A stretch of DNA of 63,919 nt, counting the filler, from Octopus bimaculoides (lineage: Eukaryota): the NCBI RefSeq assembly GCF_001194135.2. It is 5 parts of 4 records of this genome, joined end to end, with 100 filler letters (N's around TTAATTAATTAA, not from the genome) between each part and the next. Parts side by side here need not be neighbours in the genome. Positions count along the whole stretch, not along the records: positions 16,555 to 45,632 come from NC_068981.1; 4 more parts are not named here. One strand, 5' to 3'. The notes beneath the pieces are model-generated. The model was given only the letters and a program-made list of their open reading frames with translations. It searched no databases and was not told where the DNA came from. Below, in pieces: positions 27,446 to 39,164 of this stretch. Position 1 is the first letter of the stretch. Each line of letters opens with the position of its first letter. The translations under genes and the position numbers were made by a program.

Positions 27446-27525
27446 ACACATTTCACGAAATAATAAATCATCTTTACAAGATCTTTAAATAGATCGGGAG
27501 TAATAACACATATTTTGGGATCATT

Positions 27526-28025
27526 TTTGGATCCCTAGTGAGCTTAGGTAGATTTTGTACAATAGTGTTGTATGCCTCCTTGTTTCTAGGGTTTAATTTC
27601 NNNNNNNNNNNNNNNNNNNNNNNNNNNNNNNNNNNNNNNNNNNNNNNNNNNNNNNNNNNNNNNNNNNNNNNNNNNNNNNNNNNNNNNNNNNNNNNNNNNN
27701 NNNNNNNNNNNNNNNNNNNNNNNNNNNNNNNNNNNNNNNNNNNNNNNNNNNNNNNNNNNNNNNNNNNNNNGTAGATTTTGTACAATAGTGTTGTATGCCT
27801 CCTTGTTTCTAGGGTTTAATTTCTTGGTACGCTTAATTCCATCGTCTATAAGTGAGAGTGGATATTGTCTCTCAGTTAGTGTTGTTCTGAGGTCTTGAAA
27901 ACAGAGGTCCTCGGGTATTGCCATCAGACACTATTGTGCAAATCCTTGTTGCTAAATTAAAGGGCATATTTCTTTTGATGTGTTCCGGGTGGTATGAGCT
28001 AGAAAGAAGATATTGTTTCCAGAAG
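27526..28025 (-). mobile_element. Inverted partial copy of the Penelope-like element (RT C-terminal region)
   Basis: Reverse complement aligns to ~29735-30080 (...FQDLRTTLTERQYPLSLIDDGIKR...) with substitutions and a ~74-bp internal deletion; includes an N gap. Confidence 0.85.
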
Positions 28026-28384
28026 AAACCGACCTAGGGTTAGGGGTAATTACTTCTCACCAGCAACTAGATGCATGCAAGGGACTTCTTCTATCCCTCA
28101 TTGAAGAGTCTCGATCTGCAGAATTCCACTCTATTTACCCACACAACATAACCAACTCCCCAGCATCTCAAACATAATGAAGACCCTAAATATTCATGCC
28201 AATGAAGAAACAAGAACTCTGTATTTCCAACAAGTTTACCCAGAGAGGAAAAACAGCCTCATAACTATTTTGATACAATGTATAACACTGATGATTTCTA
28301 TCAACTAAATTACAGTGAACACTTTTTAGACCGACTGGTGAGAAACAAGGACACACGTTGGAACAAAACAGACAGGAGAAACTC

Positions 28385-30900
28385 AATGCAATTAATTTAT
28401 CAAGCGAAACTCTCTCTGCAGCAAGAAATCAGTATGCTAGCTAAATGATTAAAATTTACCCCAACCACACGAAGATCTAACCAGAATTAAATTAAAGACA
28501 ATATTTCGAATTCTGCAGAAAACTGCGTCTTACAGAAGTACCAACTAACTAGAACAACGGAGATTAATCACTAGTTAAAACAGAAGCAATTATCTCCCAC
28601 CTAAGGGTAGGAATAAAACACTAGATGATTTCACGACTATATCCAAAATTTCTCAGATACTTTCCATCAGCCAAAAAACAATTCAAACCTCAACAATTTA
28701 GGATGGAAAAATCTAATTGAACTACAAAACGACAAAGAAATGAGAATTAAAGAAGCGGAAAAAGGAAGCGCTGTAGTCCTGATGGACACAGGATACTACA
28801 AAAGCCTAGTATTATACAGGCTAGAGAAAGATATCTTCTATGAATAAGATCTAAATTATAGACAGCAAAAATAAATGAAAAATCTTGCATCCTTAATTTA
28901 TCTATATGGAAAAGGCTTGACAGAACATGAAATGGCTTATATCAGTAACTATAAACGTAAAGCTAATTTATTTTATGGCCTACCTAAAATACGCAAGAAC
29001 AAGATAGTTAACGAATACCTAGATATCCTAGTGCCAGAAGATTTAAAGTTAAGGCCCCCTATAGCTGGCCCAGCCTATGAAACCCACTGCCTAAGCAATT
29101 TTCTAGATATACTGCTGAAGCCCTGCAGAAATACATCAAGAATTTCATTGGAGACGATCTAGATATTCTCGAGCAAATGCCAAAATCAACTAATAAAAGA
29201 CATTATTGATTTCCTTCGATGTTATTAATCTATACGCCAATATCCCACATGAATAAAAGCAATAAAAGTCTAGCAGAAAAAGTACCCCGAAGAACTTTAC
29301 GAACGAATAAACCAGGATTTTATTATGGAAACTTTAAAATTTATACTTCTGAATAATTATTTTCTATTTGATGACGCCTACTCTCGTAAAAAATGCGGAA
29401 TTGCGATGGAACGAAAGCATCCCCTGTTCTTGCGAACCAAATAATGGAATATTTTGAATTCTTCATATATAAAGTGTGACTGCAAAAATATGGATATCCA
29501 TTTCACCAGTATATAAGAGAAAACTGGAAAAGATATCTGAATAATTGCTTTATCATTTGTAAAAAGTCCATTGATAAACTTTTGGAATTTAAATCAATAC
29601 TTGACAGTATAACTCCTAGCATTCAATTTACAATGGAATATAGCAAAGAAGAGCTCCCTTTCTTAGATATTTTAACAAAAATGTCCACAACCAAATTGTA
29701 ACTGACATTCATCATAAACCAACGAACTCGAAACAGTATCGCCTTTTTAGGACATGCCACTCGAAACACATCAAAAGATATATCCTCTTTAATTTATCAA
29801 AAAAGATTTCCACAATAGTGTCTGATGGAATTGCCCCAGGACTTCCGTCTTCAAGACCTCAGAACAACACTAACTGAGAGACTATATCCACTCTCATTTA
29901 TAGACGATTGAATTAAGCGTGCCAATAAATTAGGGATTAAAACACTAAGAGAAACAAAACGTAACACCAAATCACATCTCAAAACGATACCGTATATGTC
30001 AACTCAAACCCTAGAAATAATGAGACATACAACACTATTGTAAAAATTCTACCTAAGCTCAATAGGGATCCAAAAATGAACATTCTGAAAACGCATAAAT
30101 TCATCAAATGCAAAAAGCAACAAAAATCGCTGAAATGACTTTTGACAAGTGCGAAGTTTTACACAACATCCAGGAAACCAATGGTTAAGAAATGTGGACG
30201 CCCAAACTATGGAACATGCCCCAACCATCTGGAAGGCTCGGAATTTCTATTCAAAAAAGGAGAGTTTCACAATTGAAATTAACTTCACTTATGTTTCCGT
30301 GAATCTAATTTATGTTATGACTTGTTCAGATTGTGGACATAACTATGTAGGACAGATAAGTATGACATTCAGACGGAGAACCACACAACATGAGGAATAT
30401 ATCCGTCTCCCACTATACAGACAGATACCATTCAGTGAACACATAGAGTGGTGTGCAGGTAATATTCAACGAAAGTTCATAGTTTTACCCATATACTAGT
30501 GCAAAGAAACAATTTCTGAACAACGACGCTTGAATAAAAAATTATTTATCGAAAAGTACAGATAGCGCCTAAATTTGAACACATGACCAACTTTGGTCTT
30601 AGTATACATTTTAATTCATGCTCCCATACTAATCACTCTAAAAACTTCACTCACAACTTTAGCTTTTGAGTTTTTGTATATATATATATTTATCCTTTCC
30701 CCAAAATATGAGCAATTACTTCCCCTATCCCCAATAATAACAATTACCAGTTAACTCCTCTTAGATTTTTCTTTTTATTGATTCATTTAATTCACAAACT
30801 CCCATACACAACATGGACTAAAATCGTCTTAAGAAAATCCGAAATTACAATAATTTCAACGTGATGATTAGCGAAAGCGAAACCGGTCGACAAACACAAT
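28385..30900 (+). mobile_element. Degenerate Penelope-like retroelement (RT + GIY-YIG endonuclease), probably Neptune-type
   Basis: Frameshifted motifs in order: INLSS, IKEAEKGSAVVLMD, FYGLPKIRK, LRPPIAGP, SFDVINLYANIPH, FILLNNYFLFDD, GIAM, WKRYLNNCFII (catalytic DD reads NN), PSIQFTMEYSKEELPFLD, HKPTNSKQY, linker KKCGRPNYGTCP, NLIYVMTCSDCGHNYVGQ. Confidence 0.9.
30857..30892 (+). ncRNA. Degenerate minimal hammerhead-ribozyme-like motif at the PLE 3' end
   Basis: gTGATGA-tta-GC gaaa GC-GAAA-CCGGTC: core with C3 replaced by G, GAAA-tetraloop stem II, palindromic ACCGGT stem III, GUC triplet; stem I pairing is poor. Confidence 0.5.
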
Positions 30901-31316
30901 CATCTTGCACTTAAAAATTATATTCAAAATATATTCAAACTATGTCAACTGTGTGCATTTTCCTTCTTATATATATATATATATTGGTAGGGAAGTTAGA
31001 GTGTACTGTAAGTTTTATTAAACACGACGATCGTTTCGGCTTATAGCTGCACTGCTCCCTCGTGGATGGGGAACAATAGAATGGAATCGAATGCATCCCG
31101 CAGTGCAGAAAAACCTCATCATGTTATATGATATGTTACAGTGTTATAATATGGACATTTCGGTACTCTATGTAGTAGGATGGTCTTGGTATAATGCGTG
31201 AGTTTATAGTAGTTCACAAATCCATTAATGAGGTAGGATGTTTGGTATGTATTTGAGGAACACATACCAACGAATACAAATAATAAACGAGAATGGGTGT
31301 GCATGAAAAGCGCTGT

Positions 31317-31360
<44 letters not shown>

Positions 31361-31792
31361 NNNNNNNNNNNNNNNNNNNNNNNNNNNNNNNNNNNNNNNN
31401 NNNNNNNNNNNNNNNNNNNNNNNNNNNNNNNNNNNNNNNNNNNNNNNNNNNNNNNNNNNNNNNNNNNNNNNNNNNNNNNNNNNNNNNNNNNNNNNNNNNN
31501 NNNNNNNNNNNNNNNNNNNNNNNNNNNNNNNNNNNNNNNNNNNNNNNNNNNNNNNNNNNNNNNNNNNNNNNNNNNNNNNNNNNNNNNNNNNNNNNNNNNN
31601 NNNNNNNNNNNNNNNNNNNNNNNNNNNNNNNNNNNNNNNNNNNNNNNNNNNNNNNNNNNNNNNNNNNNNNNNNNNNNNNNNNNNNNNNNNNNNNNNNNNN
31701 NNNNNNNNNNNNNNNNNNNNNNNNNNNNNNNNNNNNNNNNNNNNNNNNNNNNNNNNNNNNNNNNNNNNNNNNNNNNNNNNNNNNNNNNNNNN

Positions 31793-31840
<48 letters not shown>

Positions 31841-32169
31841 TGTGTATGTGTGTGTATTTGTGTGTGTGTATGTGAAGCGGAGAGAGAACACTAGAAACAA
31901 TGATTGAAATAAACAGGAAATGAAAAATCCTATAGATAAAAAGCTCGCTAAAACCTATCGACCTCCTTTCAGTAGAGTCCTCTGAAATCCCAAAATGAAG
32001 TGCTGGTTTTGTTTGTTAATTNNNNNNNNNNTTAATTTCCATACAAATTTTTCACTTATTGTCTTTTGTTTTAAAGTAAACGGGAGGAGAAATTGAAAAA
32101 TGTATGTACGTGTATATGTAATTGACGCGTGTGTGTGTCTGAGAGAAAGAGAGTGACATTTAGACATCA

Positions 32170-32202
<33 letters not shown>

Positions 32203-33080
32203 TGTCTCTGTCTCACACACACATATATGCACAAATAATACGAAAGAGATGTATGCATATGTATTTATGTAGGTACGTATACATTAAAACGAAAACACAC
32301 CCCTTCACTCGTTCTGTCTCCCCCTCTGTCTGATTCTCTCTCTCTCTCTCTCTCTCTTACACGCACACAAATACACACTCATACATTAATATATACAAAC
32401 GTACACCCAAAAACACACGTGTGCATGTGTGAGCGACTCCAAATACATAGAGTTGAACACGGCGCGCAAAAGGCAAATAAATAAAATATTTTTCTACGGA
32501 AATTAGCGAAGTGTGCGGTTTCAAGCGAAAGAATGATAACCTATCTTGTACCGAATCTTTAAATTTGTGAACTTGAAATAGTTAATAATAAGAGGAAGTT
32601 TAGAAAGTAAATTTTCCTGTAAACTTCAAGTTATAAAAAACATCTCACTTGCTTAGTAAATATTTCTTTCAGTAATTTATCGTGGTCGTAATATATCTGT
32701 AATTTAAAGAAATGTGCATGTAAGCCCAGCAAGTGTAGCGTGCTAGAAATAGCAGAAATGACATAGTTATTATTGTAAGGTTTATAGCGTTGCAAACAGC
32801 CATACCAACAAAATCACTTCTTAATTTTCTCTTAAAAGTTATACGGGTATATTATATCATGAAAGCCTCAAAGTTATACAGCTAGTTTGTCTAATAGCAA
32901 TCATTCACACAAAAACATTTTTTTTTACATTGTGTATATAGAATAAACTGTGGAATTTGCAAAAAGTCAATGGAAACTTGTAATGGAATTGAATATATGT
33001 TAAATTATCATTAATGAAAAAGAGAGTGAGAGACGGATGCAAATCAAAACGGAAAATTTCGCCTGCAACAAGTTAATATT

Positions 33081-33221
33081 GTTACATTATTTACATTATT
33101 TACATTCGACGGATATTTGTCCTCATCTTGTTTGTTGTTAATACAACTTTTCGGCTGATATACCCACCAGCCTTCTTCAGGTTTCTTGGGGAAATTTCAA
33201 ACCTGGGTTCTCATTCCTAAG

Positions 33222-33290
<69 letters not shown>

Positions 33291-33378
33291 GTTGTTGTTG
33301 TTCAGGTCACTGCTTTGAATCAAACACAGAATCTTGGGGTTAGTAGCCCGCGCTCTTAACCACTATGCCATAAGCCGT
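33081..33378 (-). mobile_element. tRNA-derived SINE (family D): tRNA head, internal (AAT)n, hammerhead-like body, (TGTAAATAA)n tail
   Basis: Minus strand: A-box tggcatagtgg, B-box gtttgattc, (AAC/AAT)n tract, body ccttaggaatgagaacccagg..., tandem 9-mer tail. Confidence 0.85.
33141..33184 (-). ncRNA. Hammerhead-like motif inside SINE family D
   Basis: Minus strand: AAAC-CTGAAGA-A-GGCTGG(tgggtata)TCAGCC-GAAA-AGTT-GTAT. CUGANGA and GAAA intact, 6-bp stem II, stem I 3 of 4 paired; one substitution away from the ACGU palindrome in stem III. Confidence 0.6.
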
Positions 33379-34044
33379 ATATTTACTAAATCTACTCCAC
33401 AGTGATTACCACGAATATTCGAATTAGTGAAAAACTTCTAGTTCAAATATCCAATAGAGTTCAGAAATGGAAATTACAGGAAATTTCTTGTAACATGAAT
33501 TTATTAAAAAATTACAATATAGAAAATTTCCCTGAGGGTTCAGCCTTTAATAATTGCTTTTTTTCAGTAGCTATTACACACCTAATTATAATATAGATAT
33601 AATTATAGCGATGGGTGTGGATAAAGCGCACCAACATGCTAGAAATAGATGCTAACAGTTGTATAAACTGCATATTTATTAGTCAGTATATGTTAAAAGC
33701 GGGTTAATGAATAAATCAGATTTTTTTTACAAATAGGGTTTCTCATAAATCGATTTCTGGCTTAGGGAAGTAATTTCCCCCTGCTGTCTTCAGTATGAAA
33801 TGCGCAAAGAATATAAATGCAGATATTTATACATACCGATATGAACAACATATATTCACACAAATATATACATTAATCCACGTGTATACACTATTTGAAT
33901 CTAATTCATTCACCAACAAACCACCTGCTTCTAAGATCAAAATAATACTGCAGTAAATATAAATAGATCGGGAGTAATAATACATATTTATAATTAATTA
34001 ATGAAGGATGAAACAATTTAATCATATTATCAAGTGGCATGTTA

Positions 34045-34350
34045 AAATCATTTAGTTAACTACTGATATGTAATTATATTGATATAATTATAGCAAAGGG
34101 TGTCGATAAACCACACCAACATGGTAGAAATAGATGCTAATAGCTCTATAAACCACGTAATTTGTTTACTCCTTTAGCACAGGTTGAAAGCAAGTTAATG
34201 ATTAAATCAAACGTTTAAACCTGTGTTAACGGAGTAACAAATATGTGGTTTATAGAGCTATTAGGATCTATTTCAAGCAAGTTATCCAGACCCTTTGTTA
34301 TAATTATATCTATATAATTATATATCAGTATAAGTAGTTACCTAAATGAT
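34045..34350. repeat. ~300-bp imperfect fold-back element (MITE-like); diverged partial copy at ~33590-33720
   Basis: 34061-34185 pairs with the reverse complement of 34217-34330 (shared ctaatagctctataaaccac etc., one ~10-bp indel), loop about 30 nt; pairing extends via atcatttag(t/g)taactact. Confidence 0.85.
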
Positions 34351-34845
34351 AACATCATTAAATAACTTTATCCTTCATCAAGTACATATATATATATACA
34401 CACACAAACATATGTACATATACATGCCCGTGTAGACGCGCATGGACGTACACACAAAGAAATATATATATATATATATATATACGAATGTACACATACG
34501 TATGTATACACTCATGTATACATATATATCCATACATATAGATATCCGCATGCATATGCATATACACACGCACTCATAGATTCATACGCATATCTGGGTA
34601 TTCATTGTATGGTGTTTATTACTGTATTGGTGTACTCCATTTAAGCTATTTCTGTTTGTGCGAGGGGTGGGTGGATTTTCCCTAATGTAACAGGTGAACG
34701 GGGATTTTTAGCCTGTATGCAGCGTGCTATCCTTTCGGATATATGTTCTATACTTTCATTCTTTTATTCTTTCCCTTGTCTCAGTCACTTGACTGCGGCA
34801 ATGTTGCTGCTCCGCCTTGATACACATACACACACACACACCCAC

Positions 34846-34855
34846 ATAGATAATG

Positions 34856-34919
<64 letters not shown>

Positions 34920-34927
34920 TAATAATG

Positions 34928-34996
<69 letters not shown>
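34846..34996. repeat. Long (AAT)n microsatellite
   Basis: Read directly; about 50 triplets with a few GAT interruptions. Confidence 0.95.
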
Positions 34997-34999
<3 letters not shown>

Positions 35000-35055
35000 G
35001 TAACAACCAAAGAATGAGACCTCGATATTAAAGAAATAGGGGATTATTTCCATTA

Positions 35056-35114
35056 ACAGCCGACGACAATATATCGTAACTCTTTGGTCCACCATTCGAA
35101 ACTCCGAGTACTAT
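35056..35114 (+). ncRNA. Hammerhead-like motif, copy 1 of a dispersed repeat
   Basis: ACAG-CCGACGA-CAAT...CATTC-GAAA-CTCCGAGT-A-CTAT; homologous to 45119-45177 on the minus strand. Confidence 0.55.
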
Positions 35115-35267
35115 AATGACAGGCTTTTAATGTTTGTTCAAAATTATAACACACACACACACACACACTCACACACACACACATATACACACACACATAC
35201 ACATGCGCGCGAGCACACACGCATACACACACCCATATATATGTAAAATATCAAATATTATCGAGTT

Positions 35268-36830
35268 CAACAATGTTCTGGCAAATATTCTTCTTATCCG
35301 CCTGAATGGGTGTCTCATAAATGATGCCCTGTCTGAATCTCAATGTAGCTTTCGATCTGGTAGAGGGACAATGGATATGATTTTTACACAAGGCAGATGC
35401 AGGAGAAGTGCTATGAGCAAGATATGACTCTTGTCCAGGTATTCATTGATTTAACGGGGGCCTTTGATACTGTAAATAGCCTTTATATGGAAAATACTTG
35501 GCAAACTCGGATGTCCGGATCACATTATATCTATAATTAAAACATTTCATGGTGGGATGGAGGCTTGGTTCAATGTTGGTGGTGGCATGGTGGGACCCAA
35601 TCCTGTAGATAATGGTATCAAGTAAGGTAACATCCTTGCCTCAACTCTCTTTGCTTTGTATTTTACTGCTGCTTTTACTCATGCTTTTGCTAAGGTTAGC
35701 TCTCTAGGAATATATCTCAGATATCGATCTTCTGACTGCCTCTTTAATCTGCGACGATTTGCTGCCAATTCAAAAGTTTTCCAGTCTCTTATTCGTTACC
35801 TACTTTATACAGATAACTGTGACTTAGTCACTCGTACAGTGGATGACATGCAAATACTTATGAATCGTATATTTGCTTCTTGCAAGGAAGTTGAACTCAG
35901 CATTAGCCTGGACAAGAGTATTGTAATGTTCCAGCATGCACCAGGACATCCATATGTGGAACCAGCTATCTTGATTGAAGGAACAATTCTGAAAGTGGTA
36001 GACAAGTTTGTGTACCTGGGCAGCACACTCAGCCGCTCTTGCTCCCTGAATGATGAAATATCTTTCAGGTTGCAGAGAGCAACTGATTCATTCCGGTCTC
36101 TTCAGTTTCGTGTCTAGTCCCGGTATGGCATACAAAGGCAAACAAATATTGCTGCGTACCATGTACGTGTACTGACATCGCTCCTTTACTCATGTGAGAA
36201 TGCATCCTTTACAAACATCATGTAAGGGTCCTTGAACGCTTTCATCAGAGATGTCTCAGACACATTCTGAATGTTGGCTGGACATTAAAAACTCCAGACA
36301 CAGAGGTCTTGAAGACAGCTGATATCTTGAGTATTGGGGAGATGGTGCACAAGCACCGGTTACGTTGGACTGTACACCTTATTAGAATGAAGGATATCAG
36401 GATCCCTAAGCAGATGCTAAATGAGGAACTTGTGAATGGAAAGAGACCGCGGCAGACACCAAGGCTGCGATTTAAGGAATGTATCAAGTCCTCATTAAAG
36501 CCTTGTGATATGCAGGAAATTAACTGGAAGAGCAATGCTTGTCATTACCACAGATGGAGGAAGAAGGTTAAGGAGGGGGTCGAGCTGTTGAGAGAGCACG
36601 TATCCAGCATGAGGAACTTAAGTGTGCTGCTCGAAAGCACACTGCTGGTATTGTGAATGGGGAAAGCTTGGTCTCCAACATTTGCAGTCGTGTATGCTTA
36701 TGAAGAGCAGGGCTCATTAGCCACCAAAAGAGTCGCAAATGCAAAATATAAGTTAGTCCTAGAGCGCACAATATTCCTGAAGGTCAGCAATTGTCATCCT
36801 CGGTCCCGAGTGGAAATCCATCAAAATATC
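35268..36830 (+). mobile_element. 5'-truncated RTE-clade LINE with ~25-bp TSD
   Basis: Motifs SESQCSFRSGRGTMDMIF, VFIDLTGAFDTVN, LLYTDNCDLV, KFVYLGSTLS, LRWTVHLIRMKDIRIPKQML, with stops and frameshifts. Flanked by gtaaaatatcaaatattatcgagtt (35243-35267) and gtaaaatatcaaatattattatcgagtt (36831-36858). Confidence 0.92.
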
Positions 36831-38542
36831 GTAAAATATCAAATATTATTATCGAGTTAGAAAACGGAGAGTTCTAATGGATGCAAATTAATTTGTTCAT
36901 TAATTTACATTCACCTACAATTGTTTCATTTCACAAGCAAAAATAAAATGACCATATATATATAAATATATAATTTTTCATTTTCGATACCTTGTATGGA
37001 AAATCATCAGTGTGTACAAAGGACAATACAAGGATTACATTATGATCCTTTTGGAATACTCAGAATATATAGTCATGTTTATTGTGTGCGTATGTATGTA
37101 TGTATGTATGTATGTATGTATGTATATGTATGTATGTATATATGTATGTATGTGTATGTGTGCGTTCACACATACACAAACCTTTCCACTCCATACATAC
37201 TAGCACCCACACTACACACCATCATGCACACTGCGATATCTGCGCAAACTCAATTGAACATGAATACACACTCACCTTTCCACTCCACAACACCTTCCCT
37301 CCCCTTACCCCATCCATCCCCTAATCTACATACATACATGCATACATACATACATGCATACATACATACATTGATAAATGCATATATATATGTACGCATA
37401 CAAAAATTTGCGCGTAAATGAAATATACAATATTTACAACGAGCTATAATTTAAGGAAACAAACATGAAACCTTAGCAGTTAAGTCGGAATGGATGACAC
37501 CCAGGTTTCAGACTGATTGCCATCGTTCACCTTTTGCACTTAAAAGCACCTGTTAACATTGTCTGATACAATTGAGACTGAGAAAACAAAGAAAAAATAC
37601 ACAAATCAGGATTCTTACGATAAGATTCTTTTGTTTCCTATAGTTGGAGGCAAATGCCCAAAGCGCTGCGAAGTAGGACTAAACTTGAAACCATGTATTT
37701 GAAACAAGAACCTCTTAACCACACAACCGTTGTAAATTTCAAATTATTTAGGTATGTACTTATATATAATCTTCTCTAGATTTCGTTAGCTTGGTCTCAT
37801 CTATTCTCTTCTAAATACATAACTACATATATGTACTAGATTTCATCTATATATGTAATATATACTTTTCATGCAGATTCAACCAGATTTCTAACGAAAA
37901 TATGCATGAAAATTTACGTATACGCATCCAGATACATGTTTTTCAAATATCACCTTTGATAAAATATTTAAAGAAGTAAAAATATCTGAAAGCAACTGAC
38001 AAATTATAGAAACCGCAGACATTTCTCTACATAAAAAAAAACAAACAAAATCTTTACATTCGAAAGTGTTTCCAATTTTAGAATTAAACATTAACAAATT
38101 GTATTCAGAAGGTGGTGATAATAATATTAATGAGACATAAGCACAATCAAGAGTGCACCAAGGGGAATGACATTTGATGTTTCTTTAAATTTTAACTTCT
38201 CTCGAAGGATTCCGAATTTCTTTAAAGGTCGTTCAAACCAAGCGTGTATAATACTACTAGCGTACTCATACTGCACAGTACGAAATGTAGATAAAGATAA
38301 ACCATGTTAGATTCTATATACACATTTTTATCAAACTCCTGAATTAATCGCCATTGATTAATTCATGTATATCTTACTATATGTAACTTGCTTTATCTAG
38401 AAATTTCCATTCACTTCACGTTTTCTGCATCGTTGTATATAATCTGTCTAATATATTAAGTGTATTTTACTCCACTGTGGCCTCTAAAAAGAATGCAGAA
38501 ACTTCTAAACAAATAAATATTCACGTTATAACTACAAATTAT

Positions 38543-38910
38543 CGGGTTCAGTCCCACTGCGTGGCACCTTGGGCAAGTGTCTTTTACTATAGCCTCGGGC
38601 TGACCAAAGCCTTATGAGTGGATTTGGTAGACGGAAACTTAAAGAAGTCCGTCATATATATGTATATATGTGTGTATTTGTGTGTGTGTTTGTGTGTCTG
38701 TTTGCCCCCCCCGCCCCCACATCGCTTGACAACCGATGCTGGTGCATTTACGTCCCCGTAATGTAGCGGTTCGGCAAAAAGAAACCGATAGAATAAGTAC
38801 TAGGCTTACAAAGAATAAATCCTAGGGTTGATTTGCTCGACTAAAGGCGGTGCTCCAGCATTGCCACAGTCAAATGACTGAAAAAAGTAAAGAGTAAAGA
38901 GTAAAGAGTA
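38543..38910 (+). mobile_element. SINE family A (CORE-like centre, internal microsatellite), 5'-truncated
   Basis: gggttcagtcccactgcgtggcaccttgggcaagtgtc... through to the tail gactaaaggcggtgctccagc...(gagtaaa)n; matches 56196 and 58395. Confidence 0.9.
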
Positions 38911-38941
38911 ATAGAGTGATTAATTCCACACACACACGCAC

Positions 38942-38982
<41 letters not shown>

Positions 38983-39164
38983 AACACATGTGCATGTATG
39001 CATACATACATGTGTGTGTTTGTGCATGTGTGTGTTTGTGCATGTGTGTGTTTGTGCATGTGTGTGTTTGTGCATGTGTGTGTTGGAGTGTTTGCGCACG
39101 CGCGTAAATAGTCACACGAAAACACGCTCAAAGGATACATATAATTGCTATGACATTTTCTAAG

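Noticed and set aside
27548-27823. Exact 53-bp direct repeat (27548-27600 and 27771-27823)
   Set aside because: Flanks both sides of an N gap; most likely unmerged contig overlap.
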